Origin: Anthoceros angustus
Taxonomy: Eukaryota; Plantae; Anthocerotophyta
NCBI GenBank assembly: GCA_010909165.1
Contig: MU008166.1
Coordinates: forward strand, 992,001 to 1,056,000
Direction of reading: 5' to 3'
DNA: 64,000 nucleotides
The notes under the pieces were generated by a model, which saw nothing but the letters and a program-made list of their open reading frames with translations, made no database searches and was not told the DNA's origin. Positions 24,401 through 36,300 of the stretch are shown here, piece by piece (the stretch's first letter is position 1; every line of letters starts with the position of its first letter). A program made the position numbers and the translations under genes.

Positions 24401-24810
24401 TATCAAAACATTGGAAGGCAGCAGCGTGAAATGGCGCTTGAATGGCGATATTAAATCAAAAGGAATGTTCTCGCATGCCATGCACCAACATACAACAAAC
24501 CTTTACGGATTGGGAAAGTCACGGACGTGAGTTGGATGCACCACAACCTCACTTTCTTATCCACTGTATCGGACGAGATCATCTGACGTCTGGGCGGTAT
24601 GTGGAGGAATATATACTACGAGGAAGAGGTAACAAGATGGAGACTAGGGAAAAAGGTAATAAGGTATTTTATCCCAAAAACATACAGGTGGTCTATGTGA
24701 ATGATCTGTCATCCTTTATTACGGTTTTATTTTGAATGCGGAAACATTTGTATGCGGTGGACACAAAAAGGCGATCGAGGACAAATTGAGCGGTGCGGAT
24801 TCATACTGAC
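21500..24810 (+). pseudogene. Sola-like DDD/E transposase, copy 1 (frameshifted; probable intron from ~22848 to ~23370)
   Basis: WFLKLWK..F..VKIPKSRFSTCSLC (CxxC, ~22730-22800); IDGMD (23455-23469); LYLQLDNTCRENKNQ; GFL.VGHTHDQID (23775-23798). The start is approximate. Confidence 0.75.
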
Positions 24811-27800
24811 CCGGTCAAAGTGTGGCGGAGGATAGCGATGACAATATTGACGCTGGGCCAGCGATGACGAAGGCGTGAACTCGGGGGGACTAGCTATTGA
24901 GTGTGACTAGCCTCAACCATTCTCATTAGGGGTGTATGGATGTGGTCCCCACTTCATGTCGATGGCGCCCATCCTTTCCAACAAAGCGTACATGGCTGCG
25001 GTGGCCGGCGCCCTATTCCTCTTGCATTTGTTAGTGCATAACTTTATCTGAAATTGTAGAAGTGCAATGGCGGTTGCACATACCACTTGTTTTAGGCTGA
25101 ATATTGACGGACTATGTCCTGTGAATATGTTGCGTGAGTCCCGCAGTTTAGGGTATTTGTCTCCAACACCACGGCATGCAACATGACCCCCCACTGCAGG
25201 GTCCTGTTCTATTTCATTCCAAAGGAAGTGGTGACAATGCGGATAGCAAACATGTGGAATGTGCCCTTGTGGACAGTGGCGAGGGCGCCGGCCAGCCGGG
25301 GCCCCCTCATGCAACATGCCACGCCATACCACAGTGACGTGTTCCACTTCATTCTCCAGGAACTGGTGGCCAAGTGGATAGCAAACATGTTGCATGTGCC
25401 CCTCTACACATGGCGAGGCGGGGAGGCGGCCAGCCAGCGCCCCTCCCTCCTGCACTGTAATAGGCGAAGGATCACACATTAAACCGAAAAGCGAAATTTT
25501 CTTCCCACAATTTTGTTTTATGGATTGAACACATGATTTCATGACCCTTCCATAGTGGCGTTGGAATCGCGATGTGATAACTATTGCTAGACCGGCAAGC
25601 AGGTGTGCATTGTGGGTATTGTTTTGGCGAAACAAAGCGGTGTGAGAGGGTCACCCTTGATCATATATACCAACGGCTCGTATGATCGGGGCGGACCCTT
25701 TTTTTTTGTTTCCACAATAGCTGAACCCACATCTTTTAGACCCATCACCAACCCTCTTCGGTGATTATTCACAAAAACCCCCATCGAGCATATTCCCCCT
25801 TAAAATTTATGATGTTACTTTAACTTTTAACGATAAGTAAAGCTCTTCCTACACAGGGTGGCTGCAAAAGCATCCAACAGCCAACATGATGTAAATCATA
25901 GGAGTAAGCACATTACAATGGACACAAACTCAACAAAAAGGATTTCACATGTGAAGGGCAATTTTTGTACTTCTGATCGATTTGCCGCATTGCTTTAGAA
26001 ATACCTCGACAAGCTTCAGGAGGACCACATTTCTTAGCATAGAAACCCATGAATGACCCGAGCTCCCTTCCGCCCCTATACATTTGAGTCTTGAATCGAC
26101 ATCAAACTCTGCAAGGGCTTGTTGTGCAAAAGCAGTGAAGCGGATTCTTGCCGTCCATGTCGAAAGTCGCTTCCTTTACTACCCCATCCAGCCCTCGCTC
26201 TTTGGTTGGCGGTGCTCCGCAGCAACCCGCAATCCTGAATTTCAGCGGTGGAGTCAGGAAAACGCATTTTCCATCCTATAAAAGCTCTGCATCACCCATG
26301 TCACCATCGAGCGATTGGCGGGGATCGGTGAGCATTGAGGATGTGCGAATAATCACGGTCTCCTCGTATATGAAGAGGCGAAGGTAGGCGCTGTAGCCAG
26401 TATACAGAGGCTTTTAGCCATCTTCCCTCCGGCTTCCTCTTTCCACTGTCGTACTAGCGCCAGACGTCGAGGCCATGGTTGAAGCTTTACTGCCGATGCA
26501 TGTACCCAACTTTGGCTTTTTACCCAGTTCTTGATCACAGTCGCAGCCAGTCAGTCGCCACTCCACAGTCCCTCACTGCTGCGCACTGCCCATGCTTTGA
26601 TTTACTCCACACTTTACGGACTTCTACCTTGGGGCAGGAGAATTCGGTGGCAGGCTAGCCGCCCGCATCTCACGCCACATCCTTCTTGCTCCATCGCCCG
26701 CTTGCACGTTCTCCTGCAGCGAGGCCGGGGAGGATTGGCTAAATTCGTCGAAACAAGATTGCATCACCCTATACAAATTGGGCTTGGGGATGGAAGATGC
26801 GGAGGTCTCGCCAACGCGGGGATGCCTTGTACGCAGCTCCAATCTGAGAGAGAAAGCAGGCTCTCTCCTGAGCGCACCCGAAGATCTCTCCTCCTTCCGC
26901 ATGCGCCGCGCCGCCATAGCGGTGAGTGGAGTCCTCTCAAGCCAATTTTGTGGGCGTTACCAATCGCCCAGGCGGAAACCGACTGAAAGGCAAACACCCG
27001 TTACCGTAGGAGTCTGCTTAACCCCGGCCAGTTAAAGGGTTACCTCGACCCGCCATGAGCCAAGATTAGAAACCACGATGTCATGTGAAAGGCTTGGTGG
27101 TTATGGGCCCTTATTCTCATATGCACCTATTTGACCCATTGCGTGACTGTCCCTAAATCCCGGTGGAGGCGGTAGTACATTGTCATTCTTACTCCTTGCA
27201 TGCCTTTTGCTGCCGCGATACTCAACGCCTCATTGGATTTCCTCGCTAGATTATATGCCTGATGTGGCGTCGTGGGCGTGGGTCACTAATTGTTGGCGGT
27301 CCAGGGCCAAACCACTTGGGCCCAGTGTTCTCTTTGCAAGGAATCTAGCAAGGCCACGGTGGGCGAGGGGTGGTGGGTTTTAAGAAACAAGCCTCCTACG
27401 CCCTTTTAAAGGAGTCCAAAACACTTGCGTTGCAAAACCTCAGGAGGGTTGTATGGCCGATACTGGCGTGCAAATATATGAACTTGCGGTTAACAGCATT
27501 GCATTATGGCACCAAAATGATTGGAACATGGCTTTCAGTACTTTACCTTAGCACTTACGTCCTCCATATAAATCGTACATGTGTATTAACCATGGCGGCG
27601 AAATGCGATGGTAAAAATGATCGACGATCTCGCCGTCCTCGCATAGGAGTTAGTGTGTTATGGTGTGCAGTAGATCTTGGAGTCGCTGTAGCATACTGTG
27701 GAAGTGATGATATTAAGCACTTGTGCGGGGAAAACGGCAGCAGCGTCGAGAGTTGTCTTAACTTGAAGCTATCTTGCACATGGTATTCAGATGGCCTAGC

Positions 27801-27899
27801 GAAAACGCTGAACGCCTTCGACCATAGGCAAAGCGACTCAATGAGAGTTAGGAGGTTGAAGGGGCGCCTAATGTTCGCATGATTGCCTTGCCTGGCTTG

Positions 27900-28800
27900 T
27901 TAAGCCGTGATAGGTATATGGGAAAGGCCGAGACATACACGAGGTCCCAGGAGTTGCTAAGATAGTGGACCATGCGATGGGGGAAATTGTGAGCGGGGCG
28001 ATTTCAGGAACACCTCAGGAGGATCGATGTGCAAGATCGACCCCTTTCACAGAAACGGCGAAGTTATTCTGAGGGGACGTCGGAAGGACTCGTGCATTAT
28101 ATGTCAGCAGATGGGCAACCGGCGATGTCGTTGAGGAAGAGTGGGAGTGGACTGTTGTATTAGCGACTCACAAAACCTTGTTGCAATCAGTGCTTGCGAG
28201 GTGTGAAAGAAAGATTTCGAGAAGCGGTAAGGTATAGATTCATTAGAATGCAGACAAAGCATGAGGAACATTTCCTTGAGTCTCTAATTCCATAGCGACA
28301 AAGGCCAATGATGAGCAGGTGCCCGGTACATGAGTCAACCTTGTGTTGAGTTACGTATAGTTGTATTTCTAATCCTGCATAGAAAGTAAGTCCGAGAAGG
28401 CGGTTTGACCTTTGGGATCTTCCTCTCTTGTAGTTGCATTTCCATAGCTTTAAGAACCAAGCGTATGTGACATATTTGAGCCGTGACCCTTTCACTCTAA
28501 GTTTTGTCACAGGTGTGAAGACCATATTTCTAATTTTGTACGTGTCGGGAAGATTGAAAACCTCCACATTTTGGGGAGCCTCGTGACCATGTACATAAAA
28601 AGTACTTTCCATCAAGCTATAGCTTCTCGCGCATGCTGAGAGGCTGCTTGTATCAGGGTTTTGATGCGATCAAAACCATCCACGGTGAGTGCTATGAAAA
28701 GAACCCTAGCCTTTAACTCCTCATACAGTGTGTCCCACACAATAAACTCTCCCGAATGCCTTCCGTAGACAACAACTGCGTGATCGTCCTTGTCAGAACC
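27900..28800 (+). pseudogene. Sola-like transposase copy 2, 5' exon; the segment ~28320-28800 is inverted
   Basis: 28130-28300 (+) aligns to 22230-22400. 28330-28800 aligns on the minus strand to 22440-22850 (YEELKARV/YEELKSRV, NVEVFNLPDTY/NIEVFNLP, WFLKLWK). Confidence 0.7.
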
Positions 28801-30613
28801 TTTTTGGGCGTGAACTACCCATGGTTTGTCGGCCTGAGTCAGTCTTTGGTCACAGGTTTCAAGTTATTCGTCTTTGGTTGGAGGTTTGAAGCGCCCTTAT
28901 CTGGAGGAGGTTTAGAAGTAGCCTACCGGGTCGGCGCCCTTATATCCAGCGGAAGAGGGAGCAGGCCAAGTGGCTCAGCCGAGCAGATGCCTAGTCCATT
29001 GGGGGGCCCCTGCCCTCCCCACTCCCCCTACTAGAAAAGGCAGCCTATGTTACACTTTATGTTAAGATTTGGACCCCGGATGTAACACTTATGTTGCAAT
29101 TTTGGGGTCATGTAACACTTTTGGGCGCTTGTTACACTTTGGCTTGGAAACCAAACCGGAGTGTTTGTTGCAACCATGTTGCAAGTGTGTTACAATTTTG
29201 TTGAGATGAAGTGAGAGGCGCTTTTGTCCTCTCTCAAGATTGCAACAGTTGCAACATATAAAGTGTTACAAGAAAAGTCTTGTAACACTTTTGGAGGCTT
29301 GTAGAACCTCCTCCCCATCTACCTTCCTCCTTTACTACATTTACCATATAGAATACTTGGTTTCCTTATTACCTCGTATGAATACATATAAATAAATACA
29401 TGTATGCATACCTTTCAGAATCTGGTATTGGTAATATTCCATATACGATAATTTCCTATGACATACGGTTATATTTCATTTTGTATAAAACATTATCGAC
29501 ACCGCTAACGTCGTAAATTGTACACGTCCGGGATACTATACTTTGTATTCATCATTCACAACACGAAAACATGCGGATACATACATCCCACATTTCAGTG
29601 ACCTATTTTTGTGTCCGTCGCAACCTACCTTCTCTAGCGGGCGTTACGTGCGGCTTGTCCCCATGCCCATCGGCTTCTTGCCATGGCTCGCCCACCCTTC
29701 TTATCATTACTACTTTGTCCTTCCTAGGAGTTTGCTTTCTTGCCGTGGAGGTTCTTTCGCTCCATACAGGCGCTTCTTCATTTCTAATTTCCTACTCCTC
29801 GTATGCATGAGAAGGAAACCTCCTACAACCCCTGTTTTGCGATTTTCTTCCTCCCTTCCTCTTGCGTCCCGCGACCTTTCCCTTTCCATCGCATCCACCT
29901 CCCTTCCGGTCCCTCACGCGCACCGGTACAAACATCGCATGCATGCCCTTCATGGCATATAGTGGTGTGCAACGACCTTCAATTGCTTACCTTCGCACCC
30001 ATCTTGTTTTCTTATGTACCTCTTGCCCACAATGCTCCTTCCATCCTCGCTCTTTCCTGTGGCGCCCTGTCTGCAGCCGCTATGCCTCCAGCACCTCCCC
30101 GCTTTCCTCTTTCGGCCTCCACCTTTTGTCACGGTGGCGTAGCCTCCAATGGGGCCCCAGTGGAGGTCCATGCTTTCAACATCGGGTCGAGGTGTGTGTC
30201 GGCACGGTTAGGCACGCCCTCAATGTCGTCCCTTCCTCATACTGCGCCATTTGTTTTGGCGTTCGCCATCAACTGTACCCCTTTTGCCTCTTTCTCCCTC
30301 CCCTCGAAATTCCCTCATGGCTGCCACTCGCCTTTTGGCCCCACCACGACCATGGCGCTTGCGGACCCCGCCTCTCCTCCATTCGCCACCGCCTCTCCCT
30401 CTCCCACCCCATTTGTTCACAGCGCTGGACACATGCCCCCCTTTGGTGACGACACAATTGCCTCCCCGCTGAGCAATTCTCATCCGCCCTCCGATTCCAT
30501 CCCTCATGTCTTTCACTCGTCACTCCCTCGACCCCATCTCCGTCCACAATGTGCATTACGCGTCACTGGCGATGGGCACCCTCACACGCCCTTTACCAGG
30601 CCCTCTTGACACA

Positions 30614-31170
30614 CCCCTCCCGTGACCGGCATGGCCGCTGGTGATTCAAGTCCCTCCCTTGCGGCCAAGGCGCAGCTTGACGGTGACGGGCACACCCGTG
30701 GTCGTGTCGTCGGCCACCCCCTCTCCCTACACATCTTCTCACACTCTCGGCATTCACACTATCACCGGGCATGGGCGTTCCATCACCTTCGGGTGATCGT
30801 GGCGTCGTCGGCACCACGATCACATTGCCGTCATAGCCTCACTCTGGACTGTTTCCACCATCGCACCATCCCACCTTCGTGGCACCAAGCGCCCCTCCCC
30901 TCCTTCCGTGAACCGGCATGGCCGCTCTGGTGATTCCAAGTCCCTCCACCTCGGCCATGGCGCAGCACGGTGACGGCACACCAATTGTCCGTCACGCGCC
31001 TCTCCCTACACATCTTCTCACACTCTCGGCATTCACACTATCACCGGGCATGGGCGTTCCATCACCGGGTGATCGTGGCGTCGTCGGCACCACGATCACA
31101 TTGCCGTCATAGCCTCACTCCACTGTTTCCACCATCGCACCATCCCACCTTGGCGGACCAAGCGCCCTCC
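30614..31170. repeat. ~290-bp tandem duplication inside the CACTA element
   Basis: ccggcatggccgct..ggtgatt..aagtccctcc...ctccctacacatcttctcacactctcggcattcacactatcaccgggcatgggcg occurs at ~30625 and ~30912. Confidence 0.85.
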
Positions 31171-32999
31171 CTCCGTTTCTCTTTCGTGTTTTGTCTCCCC
31201 TCCTCTCCCAATGCATTCTACTCCCCGTCCTCCTACTTATCCCCCACATCCACACCACCACCTCCTGTGATGCCTCCCATCTTCCATCCTTGTCTAAATG
31301 CCACGGATCTGGATCCATCTCCAATTCCATGTCGTTCAACAAAATTCTCATCTCCCTTGTCCTCTGCCAGCCCGAACCTCTGGTTCCGGTTATTCCATGT
31401 CTTACCTGTATGAACTCGGCAGACCCGCCCACTCATGAGCCCCAGAGGTTGCATGGAGATCGTCCTCTTGACCTCCCAAATTCAGCCTCCTCTTGATTTG
31501 GGTACCTCCCATGCTTCTTCTCAAACCGAAGCACCCATCCACGCCCTCCCTTGCCCCAAGGGTTTGGCCCCACCCTCGTTTTGGCCAGCTCTCTTTTGCA
31601 AGTTCATACTTGATGGCTCGAACTTCCGTTCGTTGCAGCTCCATCCGAGCCCAGGCAAGGGCATCTTCCCACTCCTCCTCGTCCACCATGCTCGGCTTCT
31701 TCCGCTCCTCCCCTCCCCTCCCCTCCTCTCCTCTAATGCCGCTTTGCGGCCTCCACATCGAGAATTGCGCGTGCGAGTCATTTCGAAGTGTCGGCTTATC
31801 TTGGACTTCACCACCAGGTCGGGAAGGCTTGACACCGATTTCACTAACGTCCCTTCTCCCCTCGGGCGTCGCGCCATCTTGCCATGTTCCCCAGTTCATT
31901 CACAACCTTAGTCTTCACCAGTTTCAACAGCTCTTGCCTTGCTTGCTCGGACCCCGAACAACATCGGATTCCCTTCCCTTCCTCCTTTGCTTTTGCATTG
32001 CCTCCTTGACCATTTCACGCCATTCCTTTTATCAAGGTCACAAGTGCATCGTTGTCCACCTCAGACACCACTCCATCAGCATCCAGTTCCTGCACACCCT
32101 CCTCTCCCCTTGTCATCACACCTCCCCCTTGTCGAAACTGCCGTCGCCATTCCTCATCCAGTTCTTGTGCGTGTGTCGGCGCAGTCCGCAGACCCTGCCC
32201 CACGCGGGTTGCCCTGCCCTGTCCTCGGTTTTCAGTTTGCCTTCTCGCAGTCCCAACCACCTCCCGTGTTGCCATGGGCTGCCTCCACATGTCCTGCTGC
32301 ATGAACAGCTGCCAGCATGCCAAGCAAGGTGCATAGCGTCAAGCCAGCGCATCAACGTGTGTACAAATTGAACAAGGCGTTCTTGTCAATCCGGTCTCGA
32401 AACACCCACCTCATCGATAGCAAAGCATCGTCACCCTGCGTTCAATTCGCGACGCAATGCTCCAAGTCGCGTCTGTCGGGGGATATTCCACGTCTCCATG
32501 TCCTCAACCGCCATTGGTTGGCTGCCATGTTCCCTTGTCCCTCACAACTCTCCGTGTGTCTATGTAGGATGCGGTGGCACGTGAGGCCTTCGGATCGGAG
32601 GTGTTAGGTGGTGGGGTGGATGAGCGGTAGCTCGAGGCAGAGCTTGCCTCTCATCCTCCCCACCCACCTACGGATAGGCGTCGGCGGCAGCGTCGGCGGC
32701 CGCCGCGATGGTGCTCCTAGCGGGGTATCGATGTCCGCAAACTCACGCCCTTCCCTTCACATCCATTGCCCGTTCGGACGCCACCGCGCCATCTTGAAGG
32801 CATTGGCTTGCCCTTCACGATAGTTGCCAAGCCAAGGGTCGCCGCCAAAATTCAAAGCTCTTCATATGGAAAGCCTTTGTTTGCAAACTTCATTAAGCGT
32901 GTCATTGGAATCGGCGTCCTCGCATGCCCTTTCTCCCGTCATAATGACTAGTGTTTTATATTACGACAACTTGTAGTCCCTTGCCCACAATTGAGTGCG

Positions 33000-35900
33000 G
33001 ATCTAGAGGTCATCATTGCATATTGCCGATAATCGGTGTCCTCGTGAACACCGCCGACCACGGTATTTAGATTGTCACGTTACTGTCTTCCATTGGAGCC
33101 ACATTACGTTCATCGGAGTCAGGAGGTTACGCCCCATCTTCGTGTGTCGCGTTAGTTGTCTTCCAATGGAGCCACATTACATTACGTTCGTCGGTGGTCC
33201 GGAGGTTGCCCATCCTCGGCGTCCATAGGCCACATGCCATGCGCTATATGGCTCGTCCACTCGCTCGTGTCCCTCCATCCCTGGCCGGTGTGGACGCAGC
33301 GATGGCCACCTATGTTGTCATCCCGTCTGATCATACCTGCGTCACGATGGCGGACAAGCGGACCATCTATTGAGCGCACCACACACACAAACTTTCTCCG
33401 TGTTACAATGTCAAATCCGTTACGACTTTCGCATCGATGGCCTTGTCCCTCCGGTGACACTCGTACCATCTAACCTTCAACAAAATTGGCTTAAAATCAT
33501 GCGAACCGCGGAGTATTTGTTCTATGTGCGTAGAGCAGGCGCTCCTCTTCAATGTCGCCGCCCTGTCGATCATGAGAAACTTCGCTCACCGCATCCTTTG
33601 TACTCCGGCGGCGTTTGTCCCGCTTCGAGGTGGCCTTTGTTCCACATGTGGCTATATGCGCTGCAACGCAGCCCATCCATGATTGCGGTCACTTCAGGTC
33701 ATGCAAGGATGCCCATCCCATGCGTTCGAGCCCTTCTTCCATATATCCACCGCGAAAGTCCGTCGACCATCCGTGCACCGTTTGTCCTAACTTCTTCCTC
33801 GTACATGTCCAAGAAGCGGCGGCACCTCGTGATACAACACATATGTGTATGCTGGCGTGCCTCCACGGCATCCATAATGTACGACGGCCGACACCAGCAC
33901 CTTCTCCCCATACGTTCATCTGCGGTCCATGCTTCTCCCACGTGAGCGTAATAACGGCGGAGAAATGTCATGCCGAAATGCAAACTCTCCTCACGCATGT
34001 ACCCCACCGCTATCTGGACTCGGGTCTCGCCTGTCGCTTCACGGATCCTAAATACCTCTCCACGGGTACATCCACCTAGTGTGAACTGGGCCCAAAGCGG
34101 CCACCTCGTCCACTAAGTGTAATATGAGGTGGGTTGATATATCAAACATCTTCGGGGGAAATTGCTTCTCAAGAGAGCACATTACCCTCACTGCCTCTTC
34201 GCGCTGTGCTTGGATGTCCCGACTCGGTATCGTCCACTGGCAAATCCACCGGTAAAGGCGTCCTAGCTTTACAACCGCCTTGTACACCTCTGGCTCTATG
34301 CACCCCCGGAGGACGATGGGGAATATGATTTCCAACATAATGTGCCGATCATGGCATTTAGCCAACTTTCCGCTTTCCACCTTAGCTATGTTGGACCCAT
34401 AGCACATGGGCGACTTGATGCGTTTAATGCCCTCAATCACGGTCTTCAAGTCGATTTGGACAAAGCGTCACGGCGCTGCGGTATTGGCCATCGTCACCTC
34501 AGCCACAACCATCTTTTCCCCGCTTGCTACCATGTCCATGCGCGAAGCAATGTCATCTCGCTCTCCGTCGGCGTGTGCCATATGGCCTCTGCATTGTTTT
34601 TCCACGTGCATCACATCCTTTGGCGCCCACACAAGCATGTGGCCGATATGGCAGACTACGAACAAGGGCGACATTCTCCGGTTCCAAAGTTGCCCGGCCG
34701 GCGGGCGCTGCGGTGTCGCAGCTTCTCTGCGTGCCATATCCGTCACAATATCATCGAACGTTGGCGGCTTTGGTTTGGGTCGGAGGTCCGCCATCCATCA
34801 AACCAATCGCATCCTCCCACCGTCCCATTGGGCATTAGCCGGTAGCGATCCGACAAAGCGGGCTTTTCAAATCTCGGAATAGCGAGAATCAAGGTCCGCC
34901 CGATCGACGCTGCTTCCCTCTCACTTGCAATCCGGTGAGGTACCCAACCCGGGTAATCGGCAATGATGTGCGAGAATCAGCGTAACGAAATGCCTCTTAG
35001 GATGGTTTTCCGGCATTGAGAAATCTTCCATGTCCACCCCTCCATAACTCTTGAGTTCATCTACCGAGGTGCCATGTACACATCGAAATTTTTAACCATC
35101 CCGGCACAATCGGAGGCATGATGACATGCGTCCTTTGTCTGGGGTGGCATGTTGTGCACAAATACCAAAACCGCCATATGGACGTGTTTGCGGACACAAA
35201 GCAGGTTGAACGTCTGTGGATAATGCTAACCTCAAGTTCCTCGGCTCATCGCCGAAACCATCAAGCCATCTAGTGCTCTCCATGCCGGGTATCCGCCATC
35301 ATGGACATGTCCCCATTCTCGCTTTGCCTCCCGACATACCAAGTCATCAAGCGTGCTATTTCCGCCATTCAAACATGCGTTTGAGTCGCGGTTTCAAGGG
35401 AAAATGCCAGAGGACCTTCCGAGGACTCCCGACCCGTTCATCAAACCCATCCCTGAACCGCGGCGTCCCACACTTTGGGCAATGGTTGCAGTCCCCGTAC
35501 TCGCCCACGAGCGATCTTTCTCACAAGCATGGATTTTCTCATATCTGGGGCCAAATAGGTGCAACAGTGACTTGGCCTCGTACATGTCCTTCGGTAACTC
35601 GTTCGGAACTGGCAAAAAATCCACACTTAAGATCTTTAAGAGGGCTGTTAATGCGACGTCACTGATGTCAAACATGGTTTGCCAAGACAACAACAACAGT
35701 GTGGCGCTTAGCCGGCTCTCTTTCGCTTTCACCGCCTGTTCACACTGGTATAAAGGCGTCTCGCCAGCAGCGCGACAAGCAGCGGTTCTGTGCGCGGTTC
35801 CCTCCGTGCCAAGTGCATGATCAGTTGCTTCCAGCAAGTCGTCCACAGAGTGCATATGAGGTACCTCTTCACGTTCCGTTCCCTCGTCCATGCTCTCCAC

Positions 35901-36300
35901 ATCGGACGCCACTTTGGTCGCCCCCATTGCCTTGTCTCGCATTTCATACTCCTCGGGCCGTTTAGTGTGCGGTGGAGAGCGCCTTCAAGGCCTCCGCCCG
36001 TCTGTCCAAACTTGGCTCCGCAGTGCGAGATAAACCTCGATGCAAATTAGAGAGCAAATGCGGCAGCATGCGAGCTTACGCGGCGGAGCCGTGGCAGCAA
36101 GCGTGCGATCTTGAGATGTCGCTGGAATCCGCCGAGGTCGCCACACCGACGGCATGGACAAAACATGTAAACCTCATTTGCAAATCGGGGCATCTTGCAC
36201 GTGGTCCCGACCGGTGTCGACCTGGCGGCAATCAGGCGGCGCAGCACGGGGCAACCTATGAATGCGCAGACTACAATTCATGTCCAATTCACACGACACG
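33000..36300 (-). pseudogene. CACTA Tnp2/TnpD-type transposase (transposase-associated CPC motif, Transposase_21, DUF4218-like), frameshifted
   Basis: YMFCPCRRC; TPLY...SRLSATLLLL...PNELPKDMYEAK...YEKIHAC; FGDEPRNLRLALSTD; KCHDRHIMLE; CSLEKQFPPKMFDISTHLILHLVDEVAALGPVHTRWMYP. Confidence 0.9.

Larger units (their letters stand above)
13600..27040. mobile_element. Putative large DNA transposon: Sola-like transposase plus cargo (two ParB-methyltransferase paralogues, unknown ORFs); ends not resolved
   Basis: The transposase gene (plus) is divergent from the cargo genes (minus). The same GGCGCCGGCC-type motifs occur throughout. The 3' flank at ~25770 (aaaacccccatcgagcatatt) is homologous to ~47385 behind the second transposase copy. 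No TIR or TSD was found. Confidence 0.5.
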
